12,845 nt of DNA from NCBI GenBank assembly GCA_049424145.1, contig JBMSSC010000081.1, positions 1 through 12,845 on the forward strand, read 5' to 3'. Below are positions 7,710 through 12,845 of the stretch, piece by piece (position 1 is the stretch's first letter; the number at the start of each line of letters is the position of its first letter). Source of the DNA: Bdellovibrionia bacterium (lineage in GTDB: Bacteria; Bdellovibrionota; UBA1018). The position numbers and the translations under genes are program-made. The notes below the pieces were generated by a model that was given only the letters and a program-made list of their open reading frames with translations, had not been told where the DNA came from and did no database searches.

Positions 7710-7893
7710 GAGTTCTCCTGGGGGAGTCCTAACATGTTCCCAGGGGTTAAAAAGAGGAATGCGAAGGAATTTTTCTCGAAGCAAGCGGTTTGGGTTCGCA
7801 CCCTTCAGCCCAGTCTATCGGTTTTACCGTGTCCGAAGAGGGAGGCTCAGCTGAGCCTGGGGACTCTGGGTCTCTTTATGGGGGGAGGGGCTG
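7710..7893 (-). promoter_or_regulatory. Hairpin-rich upstream region of the receptor cluster (candidate structured leader)
   Basis: On the minus strand: AGGCUC-AGCU-GAGCCU, UC-UUCG-GA, CGG-UAAAA-CCG, GGGU-GCGA-ACCC, and a CCUGGG/CCCAGG stem overlapping the SD. Confidence 0.35.
7843..7858. repeat. Perfect 16-bp palindrome AGGCTCAGCTGAGCCT
   Basis: AGGCTCAG is followed directly by its reverse complement CTGAGCCT, in the divergent intergenic region. Confidence 0.9.
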
Positions 7894-7932
7894 CTCTGCG
7901 GTCCCAACGCTGCTTTTGGGATGAAAATACAG

Positions 7933-7962
7933 TTGATTATTTCCCTCAGCTTAGGCTAAAAG
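7933..7962 (+). promoter_or_regulatory. Possible rpsB promoter
   Basis: TTGATT (7933-7938), 18 nt spacer, TAAAAG (7957-7962), just upstream of the S2-leader-like element. The -10 match is weak. Confidence 0.3.
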
Positions 7963-7972
7963 ACTCCCAACT

Positions 7973-8131
7973 ACGCACATTCCAGCAATACGTGGTTGCG
8001 GCCTAAAAAGCCGGTCAACTGGAATGGAGGAGGGCTGAGCCTTTGAACACCAAAAAGCACACTCAGGACGCCTTGAATTCAAGGGTCCAACGAGTGTGGA
8101 TCTTGGGGTCAAAGTCAGCCTAAAAACCGCG
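7973..8131 (+). ncRNA. rpsB (S2) autoregulatory leader-like cis element (t44-like) with an extra hairpin
   Basis: ACGCA + CATTCCAG (7978-7985) pairs with CTGGAATG (8019-8026), then GGAGG. The inner GGTTGC-GGC..GCC-GGTC parallels the E. coli leader's GGGTGC-CC..GG-GGTC (recalled from memory). CGTGGTT (7991-7997) is complementary to AACCGCG (8125-8131) as a pseudoknot. Confidence 0.65.
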
Positions 8132-8198
8132 GTAAAGCCTTGCAGCGCATTCGCGCCGTTTTGTTTTCCGCATTACATCAATAACAGGAGTTATGTCC

Positions 8199-9128
8199 AT
8201 GCCTACGATTACTATGCGCGAACTTTTAGAGTCTGGCGTTCACTTCGGTCATCAGACCCGTCGCTGGAACCCCAAAATGAAACCCTATGTGTTTGGAGCT
8301 CGAAATGGAATTTACATCATCGATCTTCAAAAAACCGTGGATCAAACGCGCGCTGCTTGTGCATTTGCCTCTCAGGTTGCATCTGAAGGCAAGAAGGTCT
8401 TGTTCGTTGGGACTAAAAAACAAGCCAAAGAAGTGATTCAAGAAGAAGCCACTCGTGCCGGAATGTATTATGTCAACAACCGTTGGTTAGGTGGAATGCT
8501 GACCAACTATCAGACCGTGAAAGCTTCGATTGATCGCTTGAAGAAAATCGAAGCCATGAAAATCTCCAAGGAGTGGGAAGAGATTCCAAAAAAAGAGCAA
8601 TCTCGCTACGATCGAGAGCTTGAAAATTTAAAAAAATCCTTAGGTGGTATCCAAGACATGAAGAAGTTGCCCGGGGCAATCTTTGTGGTCGATACCGAAA
8701 AAGAACACATCGCTGTGAAAGAAGCGAAAAAACTAGGGATTCCCACGATCGCTGTGGTCGATACCAACTGCGATCCCTCAAACATTACGTTTGTCATCCC
8801 AGGAAACGATGACGCCATTCGCAGCATCCGTCTTTTTGCTAAATTGGTGGCCGATAGCTGCTTAGAAGGGGCGAAGATTTTCCAAGAAAAGCTCCGGGCT
8901 CAGGAAGTGGCAGATGCCGGGATGAAGGATGAAACTCAGGAAGAGAAGAAAGTCTCCCGCTTTGAGGGTGATATTGACCTCCAAGGCGTGGATGAAGCCG
9001 ACTTAGAAGCGCAAGAAGTGGAAGCGGAAATGACCGAAGAGCCGGTGGCCGCAGAAGCAGCAGCATCAGCAGCGGCAGGTGCTGAGAAGCCCGTGAAAAA
9101 AGCGAAAAAAGTCAGCAAAGGGGAATAA
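8199..9128 (+). CDS. rpsB: 30S ribosomal protein S2
   Basis: [38 protein letters not shown] and [18 protein letters not shown] (8186-8190) favours ATG 8199 (8 nt spacing) over ATG 8193 (2 nt). Confidence 0.99.
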   Translation: MPTITMRELLESGVHFGHQTRRWNPKMKPYVFGARNGIYIIDLQKTVDQTRAACAFASQVASEGKKVLFVGTKKQAKEVIQEEATRAGMYYVNNRWLGGMLTNYQTVKASIDRLKKIEAMKISKEWEEIPKKEQSRYDRELENLKKSLGGIQDMKKLPGAIFVVDTEKEHIAVKEAKKLGIPTIAVVDTNCDPSNITFVIPGNDDAIRSIRLFAKLVADSCLEGAKIFQEKLRAQEVADAGMKDETQEEKKVSRFEGDIDLQGVDEADLEAQEVEAEMTEEPVAAEAAASAAAGAEKPVKKAKKVSKGE

Positions 9129-9132
9129 TGAA

Positions 9133-9738
9133 ATGGAAATTTCAGCAAGCGTTGTTAAAGACTTAAGAGAAAAAACCGGCGCAGGAATGATGGATTGCAA
9201 AAAGGCTCTCGTGGAGTCTTTGGGCGATTTCGATAAAGCCGTTGAGTACCTGAGAAAAAAAGGGATCGCCTCAGCTGATAAGAAAGCTGGACGAATGACG
9301 AAGGAAGGCGCCGTGAGTTCCTATATTCATGGTGAGGGAAAAGTGGGCGTGCTGCTTGAGGTGAATTGTGAGACGGATTTTGTCGCACGAACTGAGCAGT
9401 TTAAGAATCTCTTAAAAGACCTCTCCATGCACATTGCTGCAGCTAACCCAAAATGGCTTCACGCCGAAGAGGTTCCTGCAGAAGTGTTGGCCAAGGAAAA
9501 AGAGATCGCCATCGCGCAAATGCAGAATTCGGGTAAGCCCGCAGCTGTGCTCGAAAAAATTGCCGAAGGGAAGATCAAGAAATTCTACGAAGATCATTGC
9601 TTGATGAACCAAACCTTCGTGAAAGACCCGGGCAAGACCATTGAGCAGCTTTTAAAAGAGACCATTGGCGCCTTGGGCGAGAACATGGCCATTCGTCGCT
9701 TTGTTCGCTATGCCTTAGGAGAAGGTCTACAAGGCTAA
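9133..9738 (+). CDS. tsf: Translation elongation factor Ts (short form, 201 aa)
   Basis: VKDLREKTGAGMMDCKKAL, EVNCETDFVA, MHIAAANP and IRRFVRY. Immediately follows rpsB. Confidence 0.99.
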   Translation: MEISASVVKDLREKTGAGMMDCKKALVESLGDFDKAVEYLRKKGIASADKKAGRMTKEGAVSSYIHGEGKVGVLLEVNCETDFVARTEQFKNLLKDLSMHIAAANPKWLHAEEVPAEVLAKEKEIAIAQMQNSGKPAAVLEKIAEGKIKKFYEDHCLMNQTFVKDPGKTIEQLLKETIGALGENMAIRRFVRYALGEGLQG

Positions 9739-9754
9739 GGCTTGCAAATCTTGA

Positions 9755-10561
<807 letters not shown>

Positions 10562-10582
10562 AAGTTTTGGAGGAAAAAACCG

Positions 10583-11152
10583 ATGTCAAAAGCAGTAATT
10601 GATCAAGTGCTCGATTCGATGATTCAAGGTATGGATAAGAATACCCAAGCATTAAAAGCCGATTTGGCGAAGGTGCGCACGGGTCGAGCTTCAACGGCTT
10701 TAGTCGAGCCGGTTCATGTGGATTACTATGGGTCGAGTGTCCCTTTGAATCAGGTGGCCAATGTCACCACGCCCGATGCGCGTACCATTCAGGTTTCGCC
10801 TTGGGAGGGTGGCATGATCGGAGCCATCGAGAAGGCCATTCTTGCAGCCAACCTGGGCCTCACCCCACAAAGCGATGGGAAGGTGGTTCGAATTCCACTT
10901 CCTCCTCTCACGGAGGAGCGCCGCAAGGACATGGTGAAGCTCATTAAAAAAATGGGCGAAGAAACCAAGATTGCGATGCGAAACCATCGGCGCGATGCCA
11001 ATGAAGGCTTGAAGAAGGAAGAAAAAGCCAAGACCCTATCGGAAGACGATACTAAAAAAGCAATGGACCTGGTTCAAAAGAAAACAGATGAGAAAATTGC
11101 TGAAGTAGATAAGATTATTGCGGGTAAAGAAAAAGAGATCATGACCGTTTAA
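10583..11152 (+). CDS. frr: Ribosome recycling factor
   Basis: RTGRAS, VDYYGS..PL.QVA, LGLTPQSDG, PPLTEERRK and KEKEIM. SD GGAGG at 10569-10573. Confidence 0.98.
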   Translation: MSKAVIDQVLDSMIQGMDKNTQALKADLAKVRTGRASTALVEPVHVDYYGSSVPLNQVANVTTPDARTIQVSPWEGGMIGAIEKAILAANLGLTPQSDGKVVRIPLPPLTEERRKDMVKLIKKMGEETKIAMRNHRRDANEGLKKEEKAKTLSEDDTKKAMDLVQKKTDEKIAEVDKIIAGKEKEIMTV

Positions 11153-11159
11153 CTAGGGA

Positions 11160-11918
11160 GTGGTTATCAGAATTCCAAAGCACGTTGCAATCATTATGGA
11201 CGGAAACGGACGCTGGGCTCAGGGTCGAAGACGTCCCAGGGTTTTTGGTCATGTGAGAGGCTCATCCCGTGTGAAAGAAGTGGTGAAGGAAGCCAATCGC
11301 TTGGGAGTTAAGGCCCTCACTTTGTACGCGTTTTCGACTGAAAATTGGCTCAGACCAGAGAATGAAAGAACGGTGCTTTGGAAGCTTCTGAAGAAGTACC
11401 TGATCCGCGACGCCGATGAGCTGGATCGTGAAAACGTCAGGCTCAACGTGATCGGAGAAATCGATCGCTTAGACGGCGATGTCCGCGAGGTTTTAAGAAC
11501 CACACTGGATCGGCTTTCAACGAACACAGGCCTTCAGCTGACGTTTGCTCTCTCCTATGGGTCGAAGCGAGAGATTGCTCGGGCTGCTCAACTGTTTGCT
11601 CAAGATTGTTTGGCGGGACGAGCCCAGCCCTCGGATATGCAAGATGAGGAGTTTTTTAGCCAGTACCTCTGGACATCCGAGCTTGGGGAGTTAGCTCAGG
11701 TGGATTTGTTGATCCGTACCAGCGGAGAGCAAAGAGTCAGTAATTTTCTATTGTGGCAATCGGCTTATGCTGAGTTTATTTTTGTGGAGAAGAGCTGGCC
11801 TGAGTTTCAAGCCCAAGACTTCAGGGATGCGATTTTTAAATATTCCACTCGAGATCGAAGATTTGGAAACGTGCTTGTCTCCTCTTCTTCCGCTCAGCAA
11901 GACAGTCTGCTCGTATGA
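11160..11918 (+). CDS. uppS: Undecaprenyl diphosphate synthase (cis-isoprenyl transferase)
   Basis: HVAIIMDGNGRWA, YAFSTENWLRP, ALSYG, DLLIRTSGEQRVSNFLLWQ and RDRRFG. Canonical position after frr. Confidence 0.98.
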   Translation: MVIRIPKHVAIIMDGNGRWAQGRRRPRVFGHVRGSSRVKEVVKEANRLGVKALTLYAFSTENWLRPENERTVLWKLLKKYLIRDADELDRENVRLNVIGEIDRLDGDVREVLRTTLDRLSTNTGLQLTFALSYGSKREIARAAQLFAQDCLAGRAQPSDMQDEEFFSQYLWTSELGELAQVDLLIRTSGEQRVSNFLLWQSAYAEFIFVEKSWPEFQAQDFRDAIFKYSTRDRRFGNVLVSSSSAQQDSLLV

Positions 11919-11968
11919 GCAGGCCCGATGGGCTCAATCTCATTCGGAGAGGGGTGGGCGGATCATGA
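11915..11968 (+). CDS. Candidate 17-aa micro-ORF (MSRPDGLNLIRRGVGGS)
   Basis: Starts in an ATGA overlap with the uppS stop and ends in an ATGA overlap with the next micro-ORF. No homology recognised. Confidence 0.3.
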   Translation: MSRPDGLNLIRRGVGGS

Positions 11969-12072
11969 TTCAAGGAAGCAGCAACGAAGGAGCAAGAACA
12001 ATGACGAGGCGAAAGAGGGTGGAACGGACTCCAATCTTAAGTCGTCTTGCCGCACATGAGTGGGTCTTATGA
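11965..12072 (+). CDS. Candidate 35-aa micro-ORF (MIQGSSNEGARTMTRRKRVERTPILSRLAAHEWVL)
   Basis: ATGA overlaps at both ends, the second with the cdsA start. SD-like GGAGAGGGG at 11946-11954. No homology recognised. Confidence 0.35.
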   Translation: MIQGSSNEGARTMTRRKRVERTPILSRLAAHEWVL

Positions 12073-12845
12073 TGAGTCCAGAATTAAAAAGAAGAGTCCT
12101 CACGGGTGTCATTGGAGGCAGTGGTCTTTTGGCCTTGATCCTCTGGGGCGGTTGGGTGGGCACGTTTCTTTTTGCCTCAAGTGTCTCGCTAGGAATGGCT
12201 TACGAGCTCAGTGAGATGACCCTTCATTTACCCGATAAAGTTGAAAAGCGAAGTGTCTTTTTAGCAATGATCTGGTTGATTCATTGGGTGAACGTATGGA
12301 CTCGCGCTGAGTTTGTTCTTTTGATTGTTTTTTTTCTCACGCTATTTGCTTATTTTTTACTCACCGCAAGCCGCCATCGAGAGGAGGAGCTGGGTTCGCA
12401 CCTCCGAGAGCTCATGGCTGTATGTTTTGGACTGATCTATACCGGCTTTATTCCCCTGTATTTCTCTCGAATTTATGAGGCCCCGCATGGAACGCAGTGG
12501 GTGCTCATGAGCCTTTTAATCGTTTTTGCCGGGGATACGGGGGCTTATTTTGTTGGGATGAAATACGGAAAAAATAAACTGTATCCTCAAATTAGTCCCA
12601 AAAAAACCCAGGAGGGGGCTGTGGGCGGAGTGTTAAGCGGTTTTTTCGTCTCTGTTGGGATGAAGCTTTTGTTTTTAAAAAGCTTGCCCTGGGCTGGGGT
12701 TTTGATCATCCCTTGGATCGTAGGCCCCGTGGCTCAGATCGGGGATCTTTGCGAAAGTTTTCTCAAAAGAGCATTTAAGACAAAAGACTCAGGCTCTCTT
12801 TTGCCGGGTCACGGGGGCTTGTTAGATCGCTTCGATGGTGTGGTG
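12069..12845 (+). CDS. cdsA: Phosphatidate cytidylyltransferase (partial, runs off the window end)
   Basis: Not in the ORF track because it has no stop in the window. Manual translation gives MMSPELKRRVLTGVIGG..., several TM segments, DTGAYFVG, ISPKKTQEG, GDLCESFLKR and KDSGSLLPGHGGLLDRFD. Confidence 0.97.
   Translation, partial: MMSPELKRRVLTGVIGGSGLLALILWGGWVGTFLFASSVSLGMAYELSEMTLHLPDKVEKRSVFLAMIWLIHWVNVWTRAEFVLLIVFFLTLFAYFLLTASRHREEELGSHLRELMAVCFGLIYTGFIPLYFSRIYEAPHGTQWVLMSLLIVFAGDTGAYFVGMKYGKNKLYPQISPKKTQEGAVGGVLSGFFVSVGMKLLFLKSLPWAGVLIIPWIVGPVAQIGDLCESFLKRAFKTKDSGSLLPGHGGLLDRFDGVV

Noticed and set aside
7710..7784. Extended TTG start of the receptor
   Set aside because: The signal peptide and a good SD fit ATG 7709; the extension has no SD.
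7710..7960. Cobalamin or FMN riboswitch upstream of the BtuB-like receptor / ribD cluster
   Set aside because: The minus strand has AGGGAA...CAACTGTA fragments but lacks the intervening T-loop hairpin and CCCG stem, GCCACTG and the B12 box. FMN consensus blocks (AGGGCGGGGTGAAATTCCC, AGTCTGGATGGGAGAAG) are absent.
7641..8006. 121-aa plus-strand ORF and the other short antisense or shadow ORFs in the track
   Set aside because: They overlap well-supported genes or regulatory DNA and show no recognisable motifs or SD.
8033..8120. 6S RNA or tRNA
   Set aside because: CCTTGA..TCAAGGGT recalls part of 6S RNA, but the rod is too short, lacks a large central bubble and sits inside the rpsB leader. 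There is no cloverleaf or T-loop.
11928..12059. 43-aa ORF (MGSISFGEGW...) in the uppS frame within the uppS-cdsA gap
   Set aside because: No SD, no overlap coupling at its start and no recognisable homology. It cannot be fully excluded as an alternative to the micro-ORF chain.
11160..12845. uppS-cdsA fusion by TGA read-through or an alternative genetic code
   Set aside because: The two genes share a frame and are separated only by two TGA codons (11916, 12057), but conserved Trp and Gly residues throughout the window use standard codons and no conserved gene has an internal TGA.

Overview
Bacterial chromosomal window with three parts. (1) A complete IS4-family (IS50/Tn5-type) insertion sequence at 1-1508, starting exactly at the window edge and ending 24 nt before a fumarylacetoacetate-hydrolase-family gene. 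(2) A tightly packed minus-strand cluster: divergent TonB-dependent receptor, stand-alone amylo-alpha-1,6-glucosidase-like (alpha/alpha)6 glycosidase, two TPM-domain proteins and ribD. It is preceded by a hairpin-rich leader that I cannot assign to a known riboswitch. (3) The conserved plus-strand cluster rpsB-tsf-pyrH-frr-uppS-cdsA, with cdsA truncated by the window end. The most notable non-coding signals are an S2 (rpsB) autoregulatory-leader-like element apparently interrupted by an 88-nt rod-like hairpin, a chain of two micro-ORFs linking uppS to cdsA through three consecutive ATGA stop/start overlaps, and the structured leader of the receptor-to-ribD cluster. The short EF-Ts and gene content are compatible with a deltaproteobacteria-like diderm such as Bdellovibrionota, but that is inference only. 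All calls come from motif recognition by eye; no database searches were run.
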